Notes under the pieces: model-generated
What the model was told of the DNA's origin: nothing
The model's database searches: none
What the model saw: only the letters and a program-made list of their open reading frames with translations
Translations under genes and position numbers: made by a program
DNA from: an uncultured Heliomicrobium sp.
GTDB lineage: Bacteria; Acidobacteriota; Blastocatellia; RBC074
NCBI GenBank assembly: GCA_964470555.1
Contig: CAYYDG010000002.1
Coordinates: 81,050 to 145,049, forward strand
Direction: 5' to 3'
Length of the DNA: 64,000 nucleotides
Part shown: positions 50,213 to 59,937 of the stretch, piece by piece
Numbering within the stretch: position 1 is the stretch's first letter
Layout: each line of letters starts with the position of its first letter

Positions 50213-51685
50213 ATGTCCGAAGCAAAAATTTTAATCGTGGATGACGAAGAAGCGGCGCGCTACGGAATGGCGCGCGCGCTGAAAAATTACACCGTCACCG
50301 AAGTCGGCAGTGTCGCCGAAGCGCGCAAGGCAATCGCTGCTTCCAAACCGGACTTGATGCTGCTCGACATCAATTTGCCGGGTGTCAGTGGCTTGGATTA
50401 TCTGCGCGAACTCAATGCTGGCGAAGACGCTCCGCCGGTGGTCATGATTACCGCGCACGGAAACGAACGCACCGCCGTCGAAGCGATCAAATCCGGCGCT
50501 TACGATTATCTGGCCAAGCCATTTGAAGTGGACGAACTGCGACTGGTAGTCAAAAACGCTCTGGAAGCCGTCGGGCTGCGTCAGGAAAACCGACGATTGA
50601 AAGCCGAACTGAAAGCTGCGCGTGGCGTGGGCGATTTGCTGGGATCGAGCGATGCCATGCGGCGAATTTACGATTTGATCCAGAAAGTTTCTGCGACAGA
50701 TGTGACCGTCCTGATTCACGGTGAATCGGGAACCGGCAAAGAATTGGTCGCGCGCGCCATCCACGAACAATCCGCCCAGCGTTCAGGAGGAGGGCGAAGC
50801 GGCGAATTCGTGGCCATGAATTGCGCCGCCTTGCCAAGCGAATTGATCGAATCGGAACTCTTCGGCCACGAAAAAGGCGCGTTCACCGGAGCCGCCACTC
50901 AGCGCAAAGGCAAATTCGAGCAAGCCAACGGCGGCACGATCTTTTTGGACGAAATCGGCGATATGGGTTTGAACACTCAAGCCAAGCTCTTGCGCGTGCT
51001 GGAAGAACGCACCGTTGAACGCTTGGGTGGTTCGCACGCCATTCCGGTGGACGTTCGCGTCATCAGCGCCACCAATCGCGATTTGGCCAAAGCCGTTGCC
51101 GAAGAAAAATTCCGCAGCGATTTGTATTACCGCTTGCGGGTTGTGCAAATGGATTTGCCGCCGTTGCGCGAACGCCGCGAAGACATCCCTTTGCTGGCCG
51201 AAAGCTTTTTGCAGACCTACGCCAAACGCTACGGGCTGAATTGCACGGAAATCAGTGCCGAAGCCATGAAGCGATTGGTCGCGTTTGACTGGCCGGGCAA
51301 CGTCCGTGAATTGCGCAACGCCATCGAACGCAGCATTGTGCTGGCCGACGGCAAATCGTTGAAAGCCGAAGACCTGCCCGCCGAGATTTCCGCCAAACCC
51401 GAAGCCGCCAAAGCTGCTGTGACGTTTCAACGAACAACGCCGACTTCGACCGACGAAGAATCGGCGAATCTTCAAATTCCTTTCCTCGACGATTTCCGCG
51501 AAGCTCGCCGTGAATTCGAGCGCGCTTACATCGAACGCTGCCTGATTGAAACCGGCGGCAATGTCACGCGCGCGGCGGAAAAGGTCGGCATGCACCGCCA
51601 AAGCCTCCAACAAAAACTGAAAGATTTGGGGCTTATGCGCCGTTACGTGCTCAGCGATGAAGCGCAAGATTCTGATGACGAGTGA
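50213..51685 (+). CDS. sigma-54-dependent Fis-family response regulator (NtrC-like)
   Basis: Receiver domain (LIVDDEE...D...K). AAA+ sigma-54 activator ([14 protein letters not shown], ...ELRN). C-terminal Fis HTH. Start at ATG 50213. The track begins at an upstream GTG. Confidence 0.9.
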   Translation: MSEAKILIVDDEEAARYGMARALKNYTVTEVGSVAEARKAIAASKPDLMLLDINLPGVSGLDYLRELNAGEDAPPVVMITAHGNERTAVEAIKSGAYDYLAKPFEVDELRLVVKNALEAVGLRQENRRLKAELKAARGVGDLLGSSDAMRRIYDLIQKVSATDVTVLIHGESGTGKELVARAIHEQSAQRSGGGRSGEFVAMNCAALPSELIESELFGHEKGAFTGAATQRKGKFEQANGGTIFLDEIGDMGLNTQAKLLRVLEERTVERLGGSHAIPVDVRVISATNRDLAKAVAEEKFRSDLYYRLRVVQMDLPPLRERREDIPLLAESFLQTYAKRYGLNCTEISAEAMKRLVAFDWPGNVRELRNAIERSIVLADGKSLKAEDLPAEISAKPEAAKAAVTFQRTTPTSTDEESANLQIPFLDDFREARREFERAYIERCLIETGGNVTRAAEKVGMHRQSLQQKLKDLGLMRRYVLSDEAQDSDDE

Positions 51686-51694
51686 AAGATTCTC

Positions 51695-51733
51695 CTGACA
51701 AGCTGGGAGCGCGAGCGTTCTCGCCTGCGCTGG
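51695..51733. repeat. REP-like repeat family 2, copy 2 (inverted relative to copy 3)
   Basis: ctgacaagctgggagcgcgagcgttctcgcctgcgctgg. Forms an inverted pair with 51775..51812. Confidence 0.55.
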
Positions 51734-51774
51734 TTCCTCAATCCACCTTTTCTTCCAAATCGCGAATTCACATC

Positions 51775-51812
51775 ACTTGCAGGCGGGACGCCTGCGCTCC
51801 CAGCTTGTGGCA
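51775..51812. repeat. REP-like repeat family 2, copy 3
   Basis: cacttgcaggcgggacgcctgcgctcccagcttgtggc. Confidence 0.55.
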
Positions 51813-51822
51813 TCTGCCTTGC
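51808..51822 (+). promoter_or_regulatory. possible sigma-54 (-24/-12) promoter
   Basis: TGGCAT-ctgcc-TTGCT has the correct GG/GC spacing. It lies immediately downstream of the sigma-54 activator gene and about 135 bp upstream of small membrane-protein ORFs. It overlaps a REP copy. Confidence 0.3.
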
Positions 51823-51957
51823 TCTAACCCCTTCCGCAACCGTTGAGGACTTGAAAACTTGCGCTGGGTTCGCTGTCATCCGGTTAATGTATGGCTGCTG
51901 CGGTGATGGCGATTCGGCGCAAGGATTTTTGTCCCGCCAATTTCATTCGGAGACTTT

Positions 51958-52155
51958 ATGGCCATCCTGCTTTGCTTCAGTAATCAAACTTCGACTCTGC
52001 TTTGCGGGTTTGCTGCAATGGACTCCTTGATTGATACATTTGTCCTTTTGTTTGCGTTTGCAGGCTTGTTCGTGTTGGGCATTGTTATGGCTGTGGTGGC
52101 CCTTTATAGGCGTCGTTTTCGGTCAAAAGGGTCCAAGCCGATTTCCATCTTTTGA
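51958..52155 (+). CDS. small hypothetical membrane protein (65 aa)
   Basis: Single TM helix (LLFAFAGLFVLGIVMAVVALY). Weakly supported. Confidence 0.3.
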   Translation: MAILLCFSNQTSTLLCGFAAMDSLIDTFVLLFAFAGLFVLGIVMAVVALYRRRFRSKGSKPISIF

Positions 52156-52255
52156 AGAGATTTTTCAGGGACATAAGCTGGCGGACATCGGTAAACGCAC
52201 GCTGGTTTATTCCGCGCCGAAATGGTGAAGGGGAGGAAGTTGAGGAACCTGGATC

Positions 52256-52522
52256 ATGAAATCTGTAACGACATTTCTGAAAAGTGTGACTCTGAGTATG
52301 CTTGCCGGGGCTGTCTTGGGTTGGTTTATGGGAATCGGCTTCTATGAATTGGTTTCCGTTCCTCAGGCTGAAAAAATGAATCCGATGGAAAGGGAATCTT
52401 TTCTCTGTATGGCAGGGCAGGCTCCCCTTGCCTTTTCGCTCTTGGGAATCATTTTGGGAATGGTATTTGGATCAGGCTTAGCAGGCGGAATTGTGATTCG
52501 TGACAAGCAGATGAAAAATTGA
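52256..52522 (+). CDS. small hypothetical membrane protein (88 aa, 2 TM)
   Basis: Two hydrophobic helices. Ends 4 nt before the next gene. Confidence 0.35.
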   Translation: MKSVTTFLKSVTLSMLAGAVLGWFMGIGFYELVSVPQAEKMNPMERESFLCMAGQAPLAFSLLGIILGMVFGSGLAGGIVIRDKQMKN

Positions 52523-52525
52523 GCG

Positions 52526-53962
52526 ATGAAAAAGCAGCTTATCTTACCAGCGTACTTTTTGTTGTGTTGCTTATTCCTTCCACTTTGGTCGTGGCTGGAC
52601 CAACCTCCGAACAGAAATTCAGCGATAACGCGCCGACTCGTTCTGGTGCTGGACGGAGTTCCTTACGAAACGATTGCCGAGTTGAAAGTCGAAGGGCATT
52701 TCAGTCGTTTCAAGCAACCGGCGCGAATGGTTTCGACCTTTCCTTCGCTGACGAATCCTTCGATGGTGGAAATTCTGCATCACGACGATTCGCCTGGGTA
52801 CGAGGACCACTTTTACGACCGCGAGCGCAATCGGTTGCTGGGCACGATTCAGGATCGGTTGCAGGGACAGAAGTTCATCGCCGGGACGTTTCGCCAGACT
52901 TTCGATTATCACGCCGATGCGTTCAAAGGCGCGTTGGGTTACGTGGCCGCTCCGATTGGAACGGCGACGTTGGCGCAGATTGATCTGATGGAATTGCGGC
53001 ACGCCTTTCGGGAATCCGACGCGCCGTTGTTTGTCGGTTACATTGGCGAAACCGATTCGCTGGCGCATCTGGGCGGCAAAGAGCATTTGAAAACCTTTCT
53101 GCAAACCGTTGATCGCACGATGGAGGAATTGATCGCCGAAGCCACGGCAAGCGGCGGCCATCTGGAAGTTGAAATGTTTTCCGATCACGGCAACCGTTAC
53201 GACACTTACAAGAACGTCAAACTGAACGACGCGCTGGCAGAAGCGGGTTTTGTCACTGAAAAGACCGTCAAAGACGAACGCAGCGTAGTGTTGCCCAAAC
53301 ACGGTCTGGTTGGAGTTTCAATGCTGTTCACGCAACCGCAAAATCGCGCGCGCGTTGCCGAAGTCTGCGCAGTTACGACTGGCGTGGATTTCGCTGTTTA
53401 CAGGTCAGACGAAAACACGATTGAACTCATCAGTCGGCGTGGACGCGCTCGCGTACTGAAGAACGGCGAGCGGTTCAAGTACGAAGACTTGAGGGGCGAT
53501 CCGCTCAAACTGGCGAGCGTTATCGAAACGATGAAAGCCAACGGCGCGATGAATGTTGATGGCTTTGCTTCGGCTGACGATTGGTTCGCGGCAACGCTCA
53601 ATCACAGCTACGTTGACCCGCCGCGGCGGTTGTTCGACGGATTCACCAAACACATCAAAACGCGCGCCGACGTGATTGTCAGTTACGAAGACGGTTATCT
53701 GCTTGGCAGTCCAATGTTGACGTTTCTGGCTGAAATGCGAGCGACGCACGGCAATTTGCTGCGCGGCGAAACCGAAGGTTTTGCGATGTCCACGCGGCAG
53801 GAACTTGGCGCAGCGGTTCGCGGTTATGAACTCAATCAATTGTTCACGCTGGATCAACGAACGAAGGTTGGCGGCCATTTCAGCGGAAACGGCCATTGCC
53901 AGCTAGGCCCTGCGCTGGCGCAGCATGTGCTCCAATCTGCCCGTACACACTCTCAGCCTTGA
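52526..53962 (+). CDS. alkaline phosphatase superfamily protein (type I phosphodiesterase/nucleotide pyrophosphatase-like)
   Basis: Signal/TM N-terminus. Metal-site blocks LVLVLDGVPYE, GETDSLAHLGG and FSDHG. Confidence 0.7.
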   Translation: MKKQLILPAYFLLCCLFLPLWSWLDQPPNRNSAITRRLVLVLDGVPYETIAELKVEGHFSRFKQPARMVSTFPSLTNPSMVEILHHDDSPGYEDHFYDRERNRLLGTIQDRLQGQKFIAGTFRQTFDYHADAFKGALGYVAAPIGTATLAQIDLMELRHAFRESDAPLFVGYIGETDSLAHLGGKEHLKTFLQTVDRTMEELIAEATASGGHLEVEMFSDHGNRYDTYKNVKLNDALAEAGFVTEKTVKDERSVVLPKHGLVGVSMLFTQPQNRARVAEVCAVTTGVDFAVYRSDENTIELISRRGRARVLKNGERFKYEDLRGDPLKLASVIETMKANGAMNVDGFASADDWFAATLNHSYVDPPRRLFDGFTKHIKTRADVIVSYEDGYLLGSPMLTFLAEMRATHGNLLRGETEGFAMSTRQELGAAVRGYELNQLFTLDQRTKVGGHFSGNGHCQLGPALAQHVLQSARTHSQP

Positions 53963-53988
53963 GCTAAATCGAAGCAGAAAACTTTGAA

Positions 53989-54118
53989 GCAGGATGAACA
54001 TGATTTTTTTCAGGATGAACAAGATTCAAACCTGACCGAAATCTTGCCGGAATTGAGCATCGTATAAATCCTGCCGCAAATCCTGGTCATCCTGTTTTGA
54101 AAGGTTGTCTCAATCCTG
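53989..54118. repeat. array of CAGGATGAACA / ATCCTG hexamer-containing repeats (candidate regulator binding sites)
   Basis: Two direct CAGGATGAACA copies (53989, 54011), then four ATCCTG on the same strand (54068, 54080, 54089, 54113), within 130 bp upstream of the M48-like/FHA gene. Confidence 0.4.
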
Positions 54119-54181
54119 CTTGTTTTGATTTAGTGAACTCAGATTTGCCCATTGATTTCTGAAACTTGTTGATGGCTACTT

Positions 54182-55639
54182 TTGATGGATGGCGCTGCTC
54201 GTCGTAACATTGCCTTCGATCTGAAATGCTCGTCGGTTGAACGAGCAAGCAACATGACATCAACAGGTTATCCAGCTATGGCAAGCGAAGTCGTTTCGGC
54301 ACAATCCATCAAACTGCGCCATTACCGATACACAGGCGAATTGCTGTCGCTGTTTTTGACCTTTTTGCTGTTGAGCGGGCTGTATGCGCTGGCGGCGATT
54401 TTCTTTCCCGAAAGCTGGACGACGACCTTGAAAGCGTTGCTGATTACGCTGGCGGGATTGGCGGTTTATGTGTTCAGCGTCAAACTGCAACAACGCGCGG
54501 CTTTCGGCACGCTGGTGCGCGTCAGCCCGCGACAGTTTTCTGAACTATACGAACTGGCGCTGGTTGCCGCTGAACGGTTGTCCAGTCCGCCGATTGCGGT
54601 ATACGTCAAACGGTCGTCGGAGATGAACATTTACACGCTCGGATTGTGGCAACGCCCGATCATCGTTCTGACTTCGTCGCTGGTGGATCAGATGGAACCG
54701 GACAATCTGCAATTTTTCATCGGGCGCGAAATCGGCCACATCCAGGCGGGGCACACCTGGTTGAGAACGTTGCTGAAACCGCTTGGCGCTGATGTTCCTG
54801 TGATAGGGAAATTGCTGAACAGCTTTATTTTCGGCGACTGGATCAATCGGACGGAATTCACGGCGGATCGCGCAGGGTTCATCGCCTGTCAATCGCTGAC
54901 TTCGGCGGTCAGCACAATGCTGAAATTCGGCGTTGGCGTTCGATTGTATGAAAAACTCGACATCCGTGAATTTCTGGAACAGATCAACGATGTTCGCAAC
55001 GTCAGCGGCCATCTGACCGAAATCGTCGCTGAAATGCCATATCTGACACAGCGCATTCGCTCGCTTGTCAGATTTGCGTTATCGGAACGGTATAAACCAT
55101 TCGCGTCGGCAAAACGCGGCCAAACTCAGATTTTGAAAGCGATGCCGGAAGCCTTTGTGTCTTCGAACCTGCGTTTGGACGAATTGGAGCTTCCGTCGCA
55201 GACGAAACACGCATCGGGGAAAAGCAGGCCGACTGATAATGTTCGTTCAGTCGTTTCGTCGGATGGCGGCGAAGACGAACAAATCACAATCGCTGATTTG
55301 ACGCTGGACGATCTGGATGTCGTCAATGCCTTTGATCCGCGAATGTTGCTGATTCGCGTCAGCGATTCGGCGGAATTTCAATTGCGAAGCTTGCGTACCT
55401 GCATCGGGCGAAATCAGGACAACGACATAGTGCTCGATCACGACCGCATCAGCCGGCATCACGCCGAAATCGTCTGCGAAAATCAAACGCTGAAAATTCT
55501 GGATAAAGGCAGTCGAAACGGTGTCTGGGTAAACGGCCAGCGAGTGAAAGACACGACGGAATTGAAATCAGGCGACAAACTTCGCATCGGGAAACAGGAA
55601 TTCAAATTGATCGTCAGGGAGAATGGAGAAACACAATGA
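54182..55639 (+). CDS. membrane protein with M48-like peptidase domain and C-terminal FHA domain
   Basis: TM helices. An REIGHIQAGH zinc-peptidase-like block (degenerate HExxH). C-terminal FHA (LRTCIGRNQDNDIVLDHDRISRHHAEI...NGVWVNGQRV). Start uncertain (54182 / 54255 / 54272). Confidence 0.6.
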   Translation: MMDGAARRNIAFDLKCSSVERASNMTSTGYPAMASEVVSAQSIKLRHYRYTGELLSLFLTFLLLSGLYALAAIFFPESWTTTLKALLITLAGLAVYVFSVKLQQRAAFGTLVRVSPRQFSELYELALVAAERLSSPPIAVYVKRSSEMNIYTLGLWQRPIIVLTSSLVDQMEPDNLQFFIGREIGHIQAGHTWLRTLLKPLGADVPVIGKLLNSFIFGDWINRTEFTADRAGFIACQSLTSAVSTMLKFGVGVRLYEKLDIREFLEQINDVRNVSGHLTEIVAEMPYLTQRIRSLVRFALSERYKPFASAKRGQTQILKAMPEAFVSSNLRLDELELPSQTKHASGKSRPTDNVRSVVSSDGGEDEQITIADLTLDDLDVVNAFDPRMLLIRVSDSAEFQLRSLRTCIGRNQDNDIVLDHDRISRHHAEIVCENQTLKILDKGSRNGVWVNGQRVKDTTELKSGDKLRIGKQEFKLIVRENGETQ

Positions 55640-56241
55640 CCGCAACACAGCCGTGTCAGGAAAATGAAATGCAAACCAAAATTCGCCGGATGGCGGATGA
55701 AAGTCTGGAGGTCAAGCGACGTTTTTTTGACCGTTCCAGCGCCGAAGTCGCCGAAGCTGCGCGACTCATCATTGCCGCGATGCGCGCGGGCGGGAAATTG
55801 CTGATTTTCGGCAATGGCGGTTCGGCAGCCGACGCGCAACACATTGCCGCCGAATTGGCTTTTCGTATGGGGCGCGACCGGCAAGCTTTGCCGGCAATCG
55901 CATTGACCACGGATTCGTCGTTGCTGACAGCCATCAGCAACGACAAGCATTTTAACTTTGTTTTCGCCCGACAGATTCAGGCGCTGGGTCGCAAGGGCGA
56001 TGTCGTGCTGGCGATTTCGACCAGCGGCAATTCGCCCAACGTCGTTGAAGCCGTCAAGCAAGCTCGCGCGTTGGAAATGACCACCATCGGTTTGCTGGGA
56101 AATTCCGGCGGCGAATTGGCAACGCTGGTTGATTTGCCGCTGATCGTTCCACACCACGAAACCCCGCGCATTCAGGAAGTCCACATTGCAATCAGCCACA
56201 TCATCTGCGAACTGGTCGAAGACGAACTGTGCCCGGTTTGA
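55636..56241 (+). CDS. gmhA: D-sedoheptulose-7-phosphate isomerase (SIS domain)
   Basis: SIS-domain blocks (LLIFGNGGSAADAQHIAAE, VVLAISTSGNS). Size 201 aa. Heptose-pathway context (gmhB and GT9 elsewhere in the window). A DiaA-like alternative cannot be excluded. Confidence 0.75.
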   Translation: MTATQPCQENEMQTKIRRMADESLEVKRRFFDRSSAEVAEAARLIIAAMRAGGKLLIFGNGGSAADAQHIAAELAFRMGRDRQALPAIALTTDSSLLTAISNDKHFNFVFARQIQALGRKGDVVLAISTSGNSPNVVEAVKQARALEMTTIGLLGNSGGELATLVDLPLIVPHHETPRIQEVHIAISHIICELVEDELCPV

Positions 56242-57221
56242 AAAATATGTCTATTTACAACTTCGATCCCATTGAGTTTTCGCGCATCGCCACGTACTCG
56301 TTGTTCGACCGACCGAGTAAAGTGACGGTGCGCGATTTTGCTGTTCCGCTGACGGACGAACAGGCTTTGGCGACTGCGGCATTGCTTGATTCGTTGCCGA
56401 ACATTCTGGCTGCGCAAAGTTTGCGAGCGGTTGTCGCCGCCATCATCGAAGCCAGAGCCAAAGGCCGCGCGATTATCTGGGGATTCGGCGGGCACGTCAT
56501 CAAAACCGGATTGGCTCCGATCTTGATTGATTTGATGCGACGCGGTTTCGTCACGGCGTTGGCGACCAATGGTTCCGGCGTGATTCACGATTTTGAAATT
56601 GCGCTGGCCGGTTGGACTTCGGAAGACGTAGACAGTGCGCTTGGTTCCGGCGCGTTCGGAATGGCCGAAGAAACCGGACGATTGCTGAACGAAGCGATTA
56701 AACGCGGCTCTACCGACAATCTCGGCATTGGCGAATCTGTTGGCCGCATGTTGGTTGAAGCCAACCCGCAGCACGGCGATGTTTCGCTGCTGCACGAAGC
56801 TTACAAGCTCAAAATTCCCGTCACGGCTCACGTGACCATCGGCACGGACATCATTCACATTCATCCGCACGCCGACGGAGCAGCCATCGGCGCGGCCAGC
56901 TATCACGATTTCAAACTCCTCACAGCGATTGTGAGCGAACTCGACGGCGGAGGCGTGTACTTAAATCTGGGTTCCGCCGTGACGCTACCCGAAATCTTTT
57001 TGAAAGCCGTCACCGTCGTTCGCAATCTTGGCCATTCGCTGACAGATTTCACCACGGCCAATTTCGACTTCCTTCAACAATATCGCCCGACGACCAACGT
57101 CGTTCGCCGCCCCGTTGCCAACGGCGCAGGCAAAGGTTATAGCATCACAGGCCATCACGAATTGATGATTCCATTGCTGGCGGCTGCCATCAGGTGTCAG
57201 GAAGCAGTTGGTAGGTTGTAG
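56229..57221 (+). CDS. hypothetical protein (Rossmann-like; weak deoxyhypusine-synthase-like blocks)
   Basis: 330 aa. GFGGHVIKTG...TNGSGVIHDFE resembles the [12 protein letters not shown] block. Overlaps gmhA by 13 nt. Confidence 0.4.
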   Translation: MPGLKNMSIYNFDPIEFSRIATYSLFDRPSKVTVRDFAVPLTDEQALATAALLDSLPNILAAQSLRAVVAAIIEARAKGRAIIWGFGGHVIKTGLAPILIDLMRRGFVTALATNGSGVIHDFEIALAGWTSEDVDSALGSGAFGMAEETGRLLNEAIKRGSTDNLGIGESVGRMLVEANPQHGDVSLLHEAYKLKIPVTAHVTIGTDIIHIHPHADGAAIGAASYHDFKLLTAIVSELDGGGVYLNLGSAVTLPEIFLKAVTVVRNLGHSLTDFTTANFDFLQQYRPTTNVVRRPVANGAGKGYSITGHHELMIPLLAAAIRCQEAVGRL

Positions 57222-57309
57222 TTGTCAGTTGATGGTTGTCAGTTGATAATCGCGTCTCATTTCTGAAATCTGAAACCTGTCGCCTACGACCTGTAACCTA
57301 CAACCTAAA

Positions 57310-58086
57310 ATGATTGAACTAGCCATCAGAGCCGCGCGCGAAGCCGGAGCGATCCTTCAGGATTTTGCGGCCAGCGGTTTTCGCATCGAACACAAAGGAC
57401 GCATCAACCTGGTCACTGAAGCCGATCTGGCCAGTGAACGCCACATCAAAGAACTCATCGCCGCGCATTACCCAACGCACAAGATTCTGGCCGAAGAAAG
57501 CGGAGCCAGCGCGCACGAATCCGATGAATATACCTGGATCATTGATCCGCTGGATGGCACGACCAACTTTTCGCATGGGTATCCGTGTTACGCCGTTTCG
57601 ATAGGAATTGAGCACAAAGGCCAATCCATCGCCGGAGTGATTTACGATCCGACGCGCGACGAGCTGTTTGCCGCTGAACGCGGCGCGGGCGCAACGCTCA
57701 ACGGAGAAAAAATTCGCGTTTCGGAAATTGACAGCTTGGAGCGCGCGCTGCTCGTCTCCGGCTTTCCGTATGACGTGCGCGAACGTATGAACGATTACCT
57801 GCCTGCCTGGGAAGCGTTTCTGCGTCACGCGCAGGCTGTTCGCCGATTGGGAGCCGCCGCAATTGACATGGCTTATGTAGCCTGCGGGCGGATGGAAGGC
57901 TTCTGGGAAAAAGGATTGAATGCCTGGGACGTGGCCGCCGGTTGGGTCATCATCGAAGAAGCCGGTGGCCGTGTCACGAAACTGGATGGCTCGGCCTTCG
58001 ACAATCATTCGTCGAGTTTACTTTGCACCAACGGCAAAATTCATGATGAGATGCTGACAGTGATAGATTCTTTACGCACATTGTAA
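57310..58086 (+). CDS. inositol monophosphatase family protein (SuhB-like)
   Basis: EE..DLVT..D, WIIDPLDGTTNF and WDVAAG motifs. Confidence 0.9.
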   Translation: MIELAIRAAREAGAILQDFAASGFRIEHKGRINLVTEADLASERHIKELIAAHYPTHKILAEESGASAHESDEYTWIIDPLDGTTNFSHGYPCYAVSIGIEHKGQSIAGVIYDPTRDELFAAERGAGATLNGEKIRVSEIDSLERALLVSGFPYDVRERMNDYLPAWEAFLRHAQAVRRLGAAAIDMAYVACGRMEGFWEKGLNAWDVAAGWVIIEEAGGRVTKLDGSAFDNHSSSLLCTNGKIHDEMLTVIDSLRTL

Positions 58087-58151
58087 CCGGTTGGCAAGCT
58101 TGCTTTTGTCAATCTGCGGAAAAATCCAGGCTCAGGTCAGGAGGCGCTTGA

Positions 58152-58361
58152 ATGAAAAGAAGAGTGATTATTTACCCAGGCGAGGATGGCTATCTGGTTG
58201 CTGAAGTTCCCAGTCTGCCCGGATGCGTCAGCCAGGGAACGACGCGCGACGAAGCATTGTCGAACATTCGTGAAGCAATTGCGTTGCACATTGAAGTTTT
58301 GCTGGAACGCGGCGAGATTGTGCCGAAAGATCAGGTCGAGATGGTGGAGATCGCTGCGTGA
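58152..58361 (+). CDS. hicB: type II toxin-antitoxin system HicB family antitoxin
   Basis: 69 aa, YPGEDGYLVAEVPSLPGCVSQGTTRDEALSNIREAI, the UPF0150/HicB fold. Overlaps hicA by GTGA. Confidence 0.8.
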   Translation: MKRRVIIYPGEDGYLVAEVPSLPGCVSQGTTRDEALSNIREAIALHIEVLLERGEIVPKDQVEMVEIAA

Positions 58362-58579
58362 ATAGATTGCCAGCCATTTCCGGGGCTGAATGCGTTCGCG
58401 TGTTGGAAAAAGCAGGTTTTGTTGTCTATCGGCAACGCGGCAGTCATATCACGATGGTGAGGGCTGATCCATTTGCGCAAACCACAATTCCAAATCACCA
58501 AGAGTTGGACAGAAGCACTTTACGCGCAATCATCCGCCAGACTGGCTTAACGGTTGATGAATTTGTCGCGTTGCTCTGA
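58358..58579 (+). CDS. hicA: type II toxin-antitoxin system HicA family toxin (mRNA interferase)
   Basis: 73 aa with LEKAGFVVYRQRGSHITM...GL, the YcfA/HicA pattern. GTG start. Confidence 0.8.
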   Translation: MNRLPAISGAECVRVLEKAGFVVYRQRGSHITMVRADPFAQTTIPNHQELDRSTLRAIIRQTGLTVDEFVALL

Positions 58580-58599
58580 CTTGAACATAGGTTTCTCTC

Positions 58600-59937
58600 T
58601 TGTACCGATCTAAAACTTCTCAATTCGCTCGCAAATTGAATCTGTTCGACGCCACGATGATTGTTATCAGTGGCATCATCGGTTCCGGCATCTTCATCAA
58701 TCCATACATCGTTGCCCAAAAAGTTGGCACGCCGTTTCTGATTCTGGCAGTCTGGATTGCTGGCGGAATCTTTGCGCTGGCCGGAGCCTTCGTCTTTGCC
58801 GAACTCAGCACGGTCATGCCGAAAGTCGGTGGGCAATACGCTTTCTTCCGTGAAGCTTTTCATCCGTTGGTGGCGTTTCTGCACGGTTGGTCATTGATGT
58901 TCATCATTCAGTCGGGTGCAACGGCGGGCGTAGCCGTTGCGTTCGCCAAATACCTGCAACCGCTGTTCGGATTCGGCAATGAATTGGTGACGCCCGTGGC
59001 AATTGCCATTTTGCTGGGCTTGGCTGGATTTCACGCGCTGGGCATCAAACCCGGAGCGATTCTGATCAACGTCATCACCTTCGGCAAAACGCTGGCCATC
59101 GCGGCGCTGATTGTCGGAGCGTTTTTGCTGACCAAAGAATCAGGCATTACCTTCGAACCGTTGAAGCCGCCGGAATTGAAAAACTTCGGCTTGCTGTCGG
59201 CGTTTTTTGCCGGATTGGTTCCAACGATGTTTTCGTATGGTGGCTGGCAAAACCTGAATTTCGTTTCCGAAGAAGTGCGCGATCCGCTCAGAAATCTGCC
59301 GCGCGCCATTTTGATCGGTGTGTTGTGCGTGATTGTGGTGTATGTCAGCGCGAACGTCGCCTATGTTCACGTGCTGGGAGCCGAAGCCTTGGCCGCGACG
59401 GAAACCCCTGCGGCTGACGTTGCCGCAAAACTTGCTGGGCCATTTGGCCAGAAAGCCATCAGCTTTTTGATCGTCGTTTCGACCTTCGGCTTTATGAATT
59501 TGGCGCTGCTGTCGGCTCCGCGCGTGTATTACGCGATGGGGGCGGATGGCGTGTTCTTCAAATCCGTTGGCAAACTCAGTCCGCGCTTTCAAACTCCTGC
59601 AGTGGCGATTCTGCTGCAAGGCGTTTTAGCCGCCGGGTTTGCCATCTCGAACCGCTACGACGAACTGGTTGGGTATGCGGTGTTTGCCGACTGGATTTTC
59701 TTCGCCTTGGCCGGAGCGGCGCTGATGGTCTTTCGTCGCACGATGCCGGATGCTCCGCGCCCGCAGCCGGTTCCGTTGTATCCATTGACGCCAATCCTTT
59801 TCATCCTGTTTGGACTGGGAATCGTCTTCAATACTTTTGTGACGGACTGGAAAAATGCGCGTATTGGCGCGTTGATCATTGCGACGGGAATTCCAGTTTT
59901 CTATTTGTGGAAACGGAGCAAATCTGAACAAAGTTAA
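58600..59937 (+). CDS. APC-family amino acid permease
   Basis: 12 TM. N-terminal LFDATMIVISGIIGSGIFINP signature. Confidence 0.9.
   Translation: MYRSKTSQFARKLNLFDATMIVISGIIGSGIFINPYIVAQKVGTPFLILAVWIAGGIFALAGAFVFAELSTVMPKVGGQYAFFREAFHPLVAFLHGWSLMFIIQSGATAGVAVAFAKYLQPLFGFGNELVTPVAIAILLGLAGFHALGIKPGAILINVITFGKTLAIAALIVGAFLLTKESGITFEPLKPPELKNFGLLSAFFAGLVPTMFSYGGWQNLNFVSEEVRDPLRNLPRAILIGVLCVIVVYVSANVAYVHVLGAEALAATETPAADVAAKLAGPFGQKAISFLIVVSTFGFMNLALLSAPRVYYAMGADGVFFKSVGKLSPRFQTPAVAILLQGVLAAGFAISNRYDELVGYAVFADWIFFALAGAALMVFRRTMPDAPRPQPVPLYPLTPILFILFGLGIVFNTFVTDWKNARIGALIIATGIPVFYLWKRSKSEQS

Noticed and set aside
48545-51667. Long minus-strand ORFs (48545..49510, 49285..50097, 50783..51667)
   Set aside because: Antisense to the histidine kinase and the sigma-54 regulator, whose frames carry unmistakable H-box/AAA+ motifs.
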